Part shown: positions 31,761-40,800 of the stretch, one piece after another | Layout of the letters: each line of letters opens with the position of its first letter | Position numbering within the stretch: the stretch's first letter is position 1 | Sequence record: DRR723986_4006 | Length of the DNA stretch: 64,000 nt | Reading direction: 5' to 3' (one strand) | The notes under the pieces: model-generated | Told to the model about the DNA's origin: nothing | What the model saw: the letters and a program-made list of their open reading frames with translations, nothing else | Databases searched by the model: none | Position numbers and translations under genes: made by a program

Positions 31761-32456
31761 TTATTGGATTTTCTCTATGGCAATAGGAAGCAAACGATTT
31801 GTAAACAGTGAATAAGCATATTCTGAAAGATGTAAACCATCCGTTGCGACTAGTTCAGGATTATCGAGTCCAAGCCGAGAAATATCTGTGATATTGACAA
31901 AGGTTATTCCGTTTTGTACACAATAATCTTCTGCAAAACTATTGTATTGATCAATCTCTAAGGATGTGGTTTCAGAAAATGCAAATCCCTGTCCAAATGG
32001 TGTAAATGCATAATCTGGAATTGAAATTACAACAACCCTTTCAGTGTCTCCTTGAGCCAGCTCAATAGCCTTATTTACCAATAAAGGAAACTCGGTTTCA
32101 TACAACGAGAAAGGTCTATTTTGATATTGATTATTGACTCCAATTAAAAGTGTTACTAAATCGAAGGTATTTAAAGGATTTTCACTTTCTATATTATTGA
32201 TTAAACTCGTTGTTGTCCAACCCGTTTGGGCAATAACTTGTAAGCTAAAATTATCTCGTTCTGGGAAATTGATTATTAAACTATCTTTAAGTTGTTCTGG
32301 GTAGCCGCAAGTATCGCATACACTTTGACCAATTGTATAACTATCTCCTAAAGATAAAATACTATAAGATTGAGGGTCTACTGGTATTGTATCATCATTA
32401 GAATTACATCTAAAAAGGCTACAGGCAATAAATAAAAATAAGCCTATCTTTTTCAT
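31761..32456 (-). CDS. SGNH/GDSL hydrolase lipoprotein
   Basis: Lipobox Cys, LGDSYT, GVNN, DGLH. Confidence 0.9.
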   Translation of the reverse strand: MKKIGLFLFIACSLFRCNSNDDTIPVDPQSYSILSLGDSYTIGQSVCDTCGYPEQLKDSLIINFPERDNFSLQVIAQTGWTTTSLINNIESENPLNTFDLVTLLIGVNNQYQNRPFSLYETEFPLLVNKAIELAQGDTERVVVISIPDYAFTPFGQGFAFSETTSLEIDQYNSFAEDYCVQNGITFVNITDISRLGLDNPELVATDGLHLSEYAYSLFTNRLLPIAIEKIQ

Positions 32457-32484
32457 AGTTGTAAAGATAAGCTATTGATAAAAT

Positions 32485-32513
32485 AAAAATGCTTCTCAAT
32501 TGAGAAGCATTTT
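32485..32513 (-). terminator. Intrinsic terminator
   Basis: AAAATGCTTCTCAATTGAGAAGCATTTT palindrome downstream of the acyl-CoA dehydrogenase gene. Confidence 0.75.
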
Positions 32514-32533
32514 AAATATTAAGATGATAAATT

Positions 32534-33712
32534 TTATTTAAAAGCGTTTAAGCCAGTTATGTCTAAGCCTGTAATTAATAGGTGAATATCATGTGTTCCT
32601 TCGTAAGTAATAACACTTTCAAGATTCATCATATGTCTCATAATACTATATTCTCCTGTTATACCCATTCCGCCTAACATTTGTCTTGCTTCACGAGCAA
32701 TCTTAATTGCCATATCTACATTATTACGTTTAGCCATAGAGATCTGAGCAGAAGTTGCTTTACCTTCATTTTTTAATTGGCCTAAGCGAAAGGCTAATAA
32801 TTGTGCTTTAGTGATTTCAGTAATCATTTCAGCAAGTTTCTTTTGTTGTAATTGAAACGCTCCAATAGGTTTACCAAATTGGATACGCTCCTTAGCGTAT
32901 CGTAAAGCAATATCATAGCAATCCATCGCAGCACCAATTGCTCCCCATGCAATACCAAAACGGGCTGAATCTAAACAACCTAGGGGTGCTCCTAAACCAG
33001 ATTTGTTAGGTAACAAATTCTCTTTAGGAACTTTTACATTGTCAAAAATTAATTCACCTGTTGCACTAGCTCTTAATGACCATTTATTGTGTGTTTCTGG
33101 TGTGGAAAATCCTTTCATACCACGTTCTACAATAAGACCATGAATACGACCTTCTTCATTTTTAGCCCATACTACAGCAACATTGCAAAACGGTGAATTA
33201 CTAATCCAAAGTTTTGCACCATTCAAAAGGTAATGGTCTCCCATATCCTTAAAATTAGTAGTCATTCCACCAGGATTACTACCATGATCTGGTTCAGTTA
33301 ATCCAAAAGAACCAATCCATTCACCAGAAGCTAATTTTGGTAAGTATTTGTTGCGTTGCTCTTCAGTACCATATTTCCAAATTGGATACATTACTAAAGA
33401 TGATTGCACAGAAGCGGTACTTCTTACACCTGAGTCTCCACGTTCAATTTCTTGCATGATTAAACCGTAAGAAATTTGATCTAATCCTGCGCCACCATAT
33501 TCCTCAGGAATATATGGGCCAAAAGCTCCAATTTCTGCTAATCCATTAATAATTTGTTTTGGAAATTCTGCTTTCTGAGCGTATTCTTCAATAATTGGAG
33601 AGACATCTCTTTTTACCCATTCTCTTGCAGAATCTCTAATAAGTTTATGCTCTTCAGTTAAAAGGTCGTCTAGATTATAATAATCTGGTGCTTCAAATAA
33701 ATCTGGCTTCAT
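32534..33712 (-). CDS. Acyl-CoA dehydrogenase (glutaryl-CoA dehydrogenase-like)
   Basis: FGLTEPDHGSNP, QEIERGDSGVRS, TYEGTHDIH. Confidence 0.9.
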   Translation of the reverse strand: MKPDLFEAPDYYNLDDLLTEEHKLIRDSAREWVKRDVSPIIEEYAQKAEFPKQIINGLAEIGAFGPYIPEEYGGAGLDQISYGLIMQEIERGDSGVRSTASVQSSLVMYPIWKYGTEEQRNKYLPKLASGEWIGSFGLTEPDHGSNPGGMTTNFKDMGDHYLLNGAKLWISNSPFCNVAVVWAKNEEGRIHGLIVERGMKGFSTPETHNKWSLRASATGELIFDNVKVPKENLLPNKSGLGAPLGCLDSARFGIAWGAIGAAMDCYDIALRYAKERIQFGKPIGAFQLQQKKLAEMITEITKAQLLAFRLGQLKNEGKATSAQISMAKRNNVDMAIKIAREARQMLGGMGITGEYSIMRHMMNLESVITYEGTHDIHLLITGLDITGLNAFK

Positions 33713-33743
33713 ATTTTATGATTAAAATTTGAATTACAAAAGT

Positions 33744-33761
33744 AACGAAAACGATTTCATT
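33744..33761. promoter_or_regulatory. LacI-family-type operator, copy 3
   Basis: AACGAAAACGATTTCATT abutting the minus-strand -7 box TACTTTTG (33737-33744). Confidence 0.55.
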
Positions 33762-33775
33762 GCCCAACAACAGAC

Positions 33776-34492
33776 TTACATTTTAAGGTAAAATTCTTTA
33801 GTAAGATTTGTGTAATCTTCGGTGTATTGATGGCGTCCAATCTCAATGGTTAATTCGGATGTCTCAATTTCTGATTCTTCAAATGAAAATTCGAGTAAAC
33901 TTCTTTTTATAGCTGATTCAGGATTGCCTTTTACATGCGTTATTCGCTTTGGAAATAAACCAACTTTTAGTGCTATTGAAGTTAAGTTCTCTTCTTCCTT
34001 GAATGGAATTATTATTGATAAGATGCCATTTTTAGACAAAAGATTAGCTGCAGCATAAATAACATGTTCAAAAGGCATTGCGTCATTAAAACGTGCTAAA
34101 TCTCTCGAATTGTTGTTTGATTTATAATCTTCAGAATAGAAGGGAGGATTACAGATAATTAAATCGTAGCTGTCATCTATTTCTTCTACAAATTCTAATA
34201 GTGAAGCATAATAGCAAAACAAACGGTCTGACCATGGTGAATTTTCAAAATTTTCGGCACATTGCTCGTAGGCATTCGCATCAATTTCTATGGCTTCTAT
34301 GAGTTCTGCATTACTGCGTTGAGCCATTATTAATCCAAGGATTCCTGTACCAGCGCCAAGATCAAGAATTGAAAATGGTCTATTTTTTAAATTAGTCCAT
34401 GCACCTAACAACACTCCGTCTGTACCAATTTTCATGGCACATCGATTTTGGTTTACAGTAAACTGTTTAAATTTAAAAGGTTTATTTGCCAT
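33776..34492 (-). CDS. tRNA1(Val) adenine(37)-N6 methyltransferase (TrmN6/YfiC-like)
   Basis: FKFKQF, MKIGTDGVLLGAW, LDLGAGTG, CNPPF. Confidence 0.9.
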   Translation of the reverse strand: MANKPFKFKQFTVNQNRCAMKIGTDGVLLGAWTNLKNRPFSILDLGAGTGILGLIMAQRSNAELIEAIEIDANAYEQCAENFENSPWSDRLFCYYASLLEFVEEIDDSYDLIICNPPFYSEDYKSNNNSRDLARFNDAMPFEHVIYAAANLLSKNGILSIIIPFKEEENLTSIALKVGLFPKRITHVKGNPESAIKRSLLEFSFEESEIETSELTIEIGRHQYTEDYTNLTKEFYLKM

Positions 34493-35022
34493 TACTCAGA
34501 TAGGTATAGGTCTATTAATCCTTCTGGCGTTTCTACAATTATCGTACGTTTTGCTCTGTCTACTTCTACAATGAATTCATCATTCATTGGAATTAAAATT
34601 TCAATTCCATCTTTATCAATTTCAAAAAGAGCTTGTGCTGTAGAATCGTTTATGGCTTTTATAGTACCTACAGATCCATAGTTTTTGTCAATAACCTTGA
34701 AACCAATCACTTCATGGAAATAAAATTTATCACCTTCGAGTTTTGGAAGAAATTCTAAAGGAAGATAAAGATCTGATTTTATCAATGCATCAGCATCACC
34801 TTCTGTATCAACATCTTCAAATTTTAAACGAAGTAGGTTTGATTTATGTAATTGAGAACTTTCTAAAAAAAATGGCACTAAGTTTCCTCTTAGGTCTACA
34901 AAAATTGCATCTAAGTTATCGTACAAATCTGGTTCGTCAGTGTCTAGTTTTGCCAATAACTCACCTTTAAAACTGTACTTTTTTACAATTTTTCCTAAAT
35001 AGAAACAGTCGTCTTTTTTCAT
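34492..35022 (-). CDS. rimM: Ribosome maturation factor RimM
   Basis: LGKIVK...KGEL, FYFHEVIG, ILIP, PEGL; start at MKKDDC, downstream of rpsP. Confidence 0.93.
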   Translation of the reverse strand: MKKDDCFYLGKIVKKYSFKGELLAKLDTDEPDLYDNLDAIFVDLRGNLVPFFLESSQLHKSNLLRLKFEDVDTEGDADALIKSDLYLPLEFLPKLEGDKFYFHEVIGFKVIDKNYGSVGTIKAINDSTAQALFEIDKDGIEILIPMNDEFIVEVDRAKRTIIVETPEGLIDLYLSE

Positions 35023-35036
35023 AAAAAATAAGGTAT

Positions 35037-35065
35037 AAAAAAACCCAGACTTTAAGGTCTGGGCT
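35037..35065 (-). terminator. Intrinsic terminator between rpsP and rimM
   Basis: Minus strand CCCAGAC-CTTAAA-GTCTGGG-TTTTTTT. Confidence 0.7.
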
Positions 35066-35086
35066 AGAAATATAAAAATTAATTTT

Positions 35087-35602
35087 TTATTCTTCTTCGT
35101 TTGAAGCTGTTGTTTCTTCAGTAGCAGCATCTTCTGCTACTTCTTCTTCAACAACTGGTGCAGCTGCAGCAATACGGGCTTCATTCACAGCTTTCTCAGC
35201 TTCTAAAGCTTTAGCTTTAGCATCTGCGTCTGCTTTTGATAAACCATCTGCTTTAGCTTGGATTTTCGCTGCTTTTTCTTCTAACCAAGCATTGAATTTT
35301 TCTTCAGCTTGCTCTTCAGTTAAAGCACCTTTACTTACACCACCAGCTAAATGCTTTTTAAGCATTGCACCTTTATAAGATAAAATTGCTTTTGCAGTGT
35401 CAGTTGGTTGTGCACCATTTTGCATCCATTTTACAGCTCCATCAACATCTAATTCGATTGTTGCAGGATTTGTATTTGGATTGTAAGCACCTAATTTTTC
35501 AAGGTATTTACCATCTCTTTTTGCGCGAGAATCCGCGGCTACGATCCAGTAATAAGGTTTTCCTTTTTTACCGTGTCTTTGTAATCTAATTTTTACAGGC
35601 AT
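35087..35602 (-). CDS. rpsP: 30S ribosomal protein S16
   Basis: VKIRLQRHG, ADSRAKRDG, GAQPTDT, with the Bacteroidota C-terminal extension. Confidence 0.97.
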   Translation of the reverse strand: MPVKIRLQRHGKKGKPYYWIVAADSRAKRDGKYLEKLGAYNPNTNPATIELDVDGAVKWMQNGAQPTDTAKAILSYKGAMLKKHLAGGVSKGALTEEQAEEKFNAWLEEKAAKIQAKADGLSKADADAKAKALEAEKAVNEARIAAAAPVVEEEVAEDAATEETTASNEEE

Positions 35603-35604
35603 AA

Positions 35605-35645
35605 TAATTAATTAGTGAGGTTCTCGACCTCTGTTATTAATGAAG
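35605..35645 (-). promoter_or_regulatory. Putative S16 ribosomal protein leader
   Basis: 5' UTR hairpin GAGGT-CGAGA-ACCTC flanked by TTAAT/ATTAA, between the -7 box TATCTTTG (35649-35656) and the rpsP start. A Flavobacteria S16 leader family has been described; the match was not computed. Confidence 0.5.
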
Positions 35646-35770
35646 GCGCAAAGATAAGATATTTTTTTAATTATCAACACTTTATTTAGCTTTAGGCAAT
35701 ATCAAAAATTATTATACTTTTGACATTCTTGTTTCGTTATAAATAAAGCAATGATAATTTACCAGAAAAA

Positions 35771-37060
35771 ATGAAAAAATTATTCCTCTTATATCTCGTT
35801 TTTTTAACAATATTCAGCTGTGGTGATGAAGTGGAGTTTAACTCACCTGCATTTCAAGGTGACAGAGCAAATGAACTTTGGAGAGCTAAAGCATTTTCAG
35901 CAAGTATAGACGTAAATGGTTTTTTAACCATTACTGGTACAAATAATATAGAGACTATTAATCTAAGAGTGCCATCCGTTACAAATGGGACTTATACTGT
36001 TGGTGATGTCAACACTATTGAAGCCGAATATATAGACGGTTTTGGGACAAGGTTTTCAACAAATAATAGACCAGACCCTAGTGTTTCTATTTATCCTGAA
36101 TATGGTCAAATTGAAATTGAAGATATTGACGTTACAAAAAGAACGTTTACAGGTAAGTTTAATTTTTTAGCTTTTGATGATTCTGGTCTTAATTCTGTAG
36201 GTTATGCTAATGGCATATTTTTTAAGGTTCCACTAATATCTGGTGAGTTTCCAATAAACCCAATCACTTGTATAGACACAGAAACAACTGCGAATGCCGC
36301 AATGGTTAATTATCAAGCTACCTTTTCCTCAGATCTTGAATTTATAAATGGTTCTGACTTTGAAGCGGCTTGTAATGCTTATGCTGACGCGCTTACCACT
36401 CAAAGAAATTATTGCGGTGACATAGATGGGTCTATACAAACCTCTATTAATGCATTAGGAAATTGTCAAATATCATGTGCACAAGCGACTGACAATAGAG
36501 AAGAAGCAGCATCGCAGTATAATGCCGCAACAATTGGTAATTACAATGAAAAGTGTGCGCAGTATGTATTTTATTTACAGGAACAGATACAATTTTGTGG
36601 AGATTCTAACGGAAATATTCAGGCTGAAATAGATAGCATCGATTGTGCTGATGATGATGGAGATGGTGTGCCAAATGTATTTGAAGACTTTAATGGTGAT
36701 GGAGACTTATCTAATGATGATACTGATGGCGATGGAACACCAAATTTTTTAGATGAAGATGATGACGGTGATGGCATATTAACAATTAACGAGCAACTTG
36801 ATGCTGATGGCAATCCAGTGGACACTGATGGTGATGGTGATGTGGACTATTTAGATAATGACGATGATGGTGACGGATTGTTCTCTAATTTTGAGTCAGG
36901 TGATACTGATGGAGATGGAGTTGAGGACTACCTAGATAATGATGATGATGGTGATGCCATATTGACCATTAATGAAAATGCCGATCCGAACACAGATGGT
37001 AATCCGGCAGATGCAGTAGATACAGATATGGATGGTGTACCAGATTACTTACAGGCATAA
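35771..37060 (+). CDS. Lipoprotein with DUF6252-like N-terminus, Cys-rich repeats and thrombospondin type-3-like Ca-binding repeats
   Basis: Lipobox IFSC; many DxDGDG repeats at the C-terminus. Confidence 0.8.
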   Translation: MKKLFLLYLVFLTIFSCGDEVEFNSPAFQGDRANELWRAKAFSASIDVNGFLTITGTNNIETINLRVPSVTNGTYTVGDVNTIEAEYIDGFGTRFSTNNRPDPSVSIYPEYGQIEIEDIDVTKRTFTGKFNFLAFDDSGLNSVGYANGIFFKVPLISGEFPINPITCIDTETTANAAMVNYQATFSSDLEFINGSDFEAACNAYADALTTQRNYCGDIDGSIQTSINALGNCQISCAQATDNREEAASQYNAATIGNYNEKCAQYVFYLQEQIQFCGDSNGNIQAEIDSIDCADDDGDGVPNVFEDFNGDGDLSNDDTDGDGTPNFLDEDDDGDGILTINEQLDADGNPVDTDGDGDVDYLDNDDDGDGLFSNFESGDTDGDGVEDYLDNDDDGDAILTINENADPNTDGNPADAVDTDMDGVPDYLQA

Positions 37061-37078
37061 GTAGAAAAAATAAAAACA

Positions 37079-37115
37079 AAAAAAAGCGTTACTTGTTAAG
37101 AGTGACGCTTTTTTT
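37079..37115 (+). terminator. Intrinsic terminator
   Basis: AGCGTTACTT-GTTA-AGAGTGACGCT followed by a U-tract. Confidence 0.75.
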
Positions 37116-37151
37116 GTTAAATGCTGTTAAACAATATTAAACCTTGTTAAA
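37115..37151 (+). repeat. Four TRTTAAA direct repeats with exact 10-bp period
   Basis: TGTTAAA at 37115, 37125 and 37145; TATTAAA at 37135. Confidence 0.75.
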
Positions 37152-37252
37152 ATACTTGACATAAGCCGTATTTGACCTTATACTATAAAGGCAGATGCGA
37201 AACAATACGCATCTATAAAGAACTTATTGAAATTAAAATGATATAGAAAAAA

Positions 37253-37702
37253 ATGAAGTACGAAAAAATAGTTTCAGACAAGTTAAATGAACTGCTAGTA
37301 AAAAATTATGATGCAGAAAAAGGCTACATCAATGCCATGAAAGAAGTGGATGATGTAAGTGTGAAGAATTTCTTTAAAAACAGAGCAGAAGAACGTTCTA
37401 AATTTGCACGTCAGTTAAGAACAGAGATTTTAACTTATGGCGAAATTCCGGAAGATTCAGGAAGTTTTAAATGAACAATACATAGAAATTGGATGAGTTT
37501 AAAAGCAACATTTTCTTCAAATAATGAAGAAACCATTCTTAATGAAGCCTTGAGAGGCGAAAAAGCAAGTTTAGAGGAATACAATGAATTATTAAGTAAT
37601 AATAATTTTCCATCACGATTAATTGAATTGTTGAGAGAACAGCGAAATGCGATCGAATCTGCAATTAATTCAGTAAAAATGTATGAGGAAGTGTTGTCAT
37701 AA
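37253..37702 (+). pseudogene. PA2169/DUF2383 ferritin-like four-helix protein interrupted by an in-frame TGA
   Basis: The two ORFs share one frame: ...DSGSFK*TIHRNWMSLK... with TGA at 37472-37474. Family motifs DAEKGY, HR.W and GE..SL.EY are present. Confidence 0.82.
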
Positions 37703-37725
37703 TATTTCTGAATTAGGTTAGGATG

Positions 37726-37751
37726 AAAACCACGCGAAAGCGTGGTTTTTT
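37726..37751 (+). terminator. Intrinsic terminator
   Basis: AAAACCACGC-GAAA-GCGTGGTTTTTT. Confidence 0.85.
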
Positions 37752-37837
37752 GTTTACAAATGTTTATAACTTTAGTTTACAAAAGCGTCATTATTTCTTA
37801 ATTTTAAAGTTCCGATTTTTTACATCAAAAGGATTTT

Positions 37838-40800
37838 ATGTATTTAATATTTGATACCGAGACTACTGGTTTACCCAAGCGTTGGGATGCCCCAATTACA
37901 GATACAGATAATTGGCCAAGAGCCGTACAGATTGCATGGCAGTTGCACGATGCTATGGGAAATTGTATTGAGCAACAGGATTATTTAATACAGCCTGATG
38001 GTTTTAATATCCCTTTTGATGCCGAGAAAATTCATGGTATTTCAACCGAACTGGCACAAGAACAAGGTGTACCACTAACTGAGGTTTTAGAAAAGTTTAA
38101 TGAAGCACTATCTAAAACCAAGTTTGTTGTTGGGCAAAATGTAAAGTTCGATTTAAATATAATGGGCGCAGAGTTTGTGCGCGAAGATGTGGCAAATCCA
38201 TTGCAAGAGCTTCCAGTTTTAGATACGTGTACTGAGCATACGGCTAATTTATGCCGAATTCCTGGTGGTAGAGGAGGAAAATTTAAACTACCTACACTTA
38301 CAGAATTACATCAGTTTTTATTTGACCAGCCATTTGCCGAAGCACATAATGCAACAGCAGATGTTGAGGCAACTACACGTTGCTTCTTCGAACTTGTTAG
38401 AAAAGAGCAATATACTGTTGAACAACTCGATGTGCAACCCGATTATTTTCAGAAATTTTCAGAAGAGAATCCAGATACGATTCAGCTTATTGGTTTAAAG
38501 CATATTAATCTAAAACGCGAAAGTGCTAAGATTAATGAACGTCTTCAAAAAGAGCAATCACAAGAACTTCCAACTGAAACTAACAAAGCAGCAGCTGCGC
38601 TATTAGCAGATGTCGATTTTGTACATCTTCATAATCATTCACAATTTTCAATACTTCAATCTACCATAAGTGTTAAAGATCTGGTAGAGGCGGCTGCAAA
38701 AGAGGAAATGCCTGCAGTAGCATTGACTGATCATGGTAATATGATGGGAGCATTTCATTTTGTTAGCGCTGTGTCTAATCATAATAAATCTGTGAAAGCT
38801 CAACATGCCGAAGCTGAAGAAAATGGAGAAGAAAAGAAAGGACAGATTATTAAACCAATTATTGGCTGTGAGTTTTTTGTATGCGAAAATCATACAGATA
38901 AAACAAGAAAAGATAACGGTTATCAAATTGTGTTATTGGCTAAAAACAAAAAGGGCTACCACAATTTAGCGAAGCTATCTTCAGCGGCTTTTACCGATGG
39001 GTTTTACTACGTGCCAAGAATTGATAAACAACTTATAGAGCATTACAAAGAGGATCTTATTTGTTTAACAGGTAATCTTTATGGTGAAGTACCAAGCAAG
39101 GTTCTGAATATTGGTGAAAATCAAGCAGAAGAAGCTCTTTTATGGTGGAAGGATGCTTTCGGTGACGATTTATATATCGAATTGATGCGTCATAACCAGG
39201 AAGATGAAAATCGTGTTAACCAAGTTTTGGTTCAATTTGCAAGGAAGCATAATGTTAAGTTGGTTGCAACTAATAATACCTATTATGTAGAGCAAGAAAA
39301 TGCCAATGCACACGATATTTTATTGTGTGTAAAGGATGGTGAAAAGCAAGCAACACCAATTGGGCGCGGTCGAGGATATCGTTATGGATTGACAAATCAG
39401 GAATACTACTTCAAGTCCTCTGAAGAGATGAAAGCCTTATTTAGAGATATTCCTGAAGCTATTGTAAATATTCAAGAAGTTGTAGATAAAATCGAAGCTT
39501 ATGAATTAGCGCGCGATGTATTACTTCCTGCTTTTGATATTCCAAATGAATTCAAGTTTGAAGATGACGAAGCCGATGGAGGTAAGCGTGGGGAGAATAC
39601 CTATTTAAAACACCTCACTTACGAAGGTGCTAAAAAACGCTATGGTGAAATTACACCGGAAATAAAAGAGCGCCTTGACTTTGAGCTTAGCGTTATTGAA
39701 AACACAGGCTATCCAGGTTACTTCTTGATTGTAGAAGATTTCATTCGAGAAGCACGAAATATGGATGTGTCTGTTGGTCCAGGTCGTGGATCTGCTGCTG
39801 GTTCTGTAGTTGCCTATTGTCTTTGGATAACTAATATAGATCCAATTAAGTACGATTTACTTTTTGAGCGTTTCTTGAATCCAGATCGTGTGAGTATGCC
39901 AGATATAGATATTGATTTTGATGATGAAGGTCGTGGAAGAGTTATGCAATATGTAATTGATAAATACGGAGCCAATCAAGTAGCACAAATTATCACTTAT
40001 GGTACTATGGCAGCAAAAACATCCATTAGAGATACTGCTCGAGTATTGGATTTACCACTCAATGAGGCCGACCATATTGCGAAGTTAATTCCTAATATGT
40101 CTAAGCTTGGTAAGATATTCGGCAAGAGCGAAAAAGAATTAGCTAGTAAATTTAGATCAGAGGAATTAGAGAAGGTAAATCAACTGCTAAATATTTCAGA
40201 TGGTGAAGACTTGCAAGCCGAAACGGTTAATCAAGCGAGAGTATTAGAAGGTTCTGTTCGTAATACTGGCATACATGCTTGTGGTGTAATTATCACACCA
40301 GGTGATATTACCAATTATGTACCTGTTTCGGTAGCTAAAGATTCAGATTTGTACGTCACTCAGTTTGATAACTCTGTAGTAGAAAGTGCTGGTTTGCTAA
40401 AGATGGATTTCCTTGGACTAAAGACGTTAACCTTAATTAAGGATACTGTTAAGATTGTTAAAGCAAAACATGGCATTGAACTTGATCCTGAAAATTTTCC
40501 GTTAGATGATGAAGAAACCTATGCGTTATTCCAAAGAGGTGAAACCGTAGGGATATTTCAGTACGAATCACCAGGAATGCAAAAACACATGAAGCATTTA
40601 AAGCCTACTGTTTTTGACGATTTAATTGCCATGAATGCACTCTATCGTCCTGGACCTATGGAATATATTCCGAGTTTTATTCGTAGAAAACATGGTGATG
40701 AAGAGATTGTTTATGATTTACCAGAAATGGAAGAATACCTTAAGGAAACTTATGGTATTACGGTATACCAAGAGCAGGTAATGTTATTGTCTCAGAAGTT

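Noticed and set aside
37472-37474. Selenocysteine or alternative-code reading of the in-frame TGA
   Set aside because: The position corresponds to a family Gly rather than Cys, and TGA terminates other genes here (e.g. 27884, 46671, 56768).
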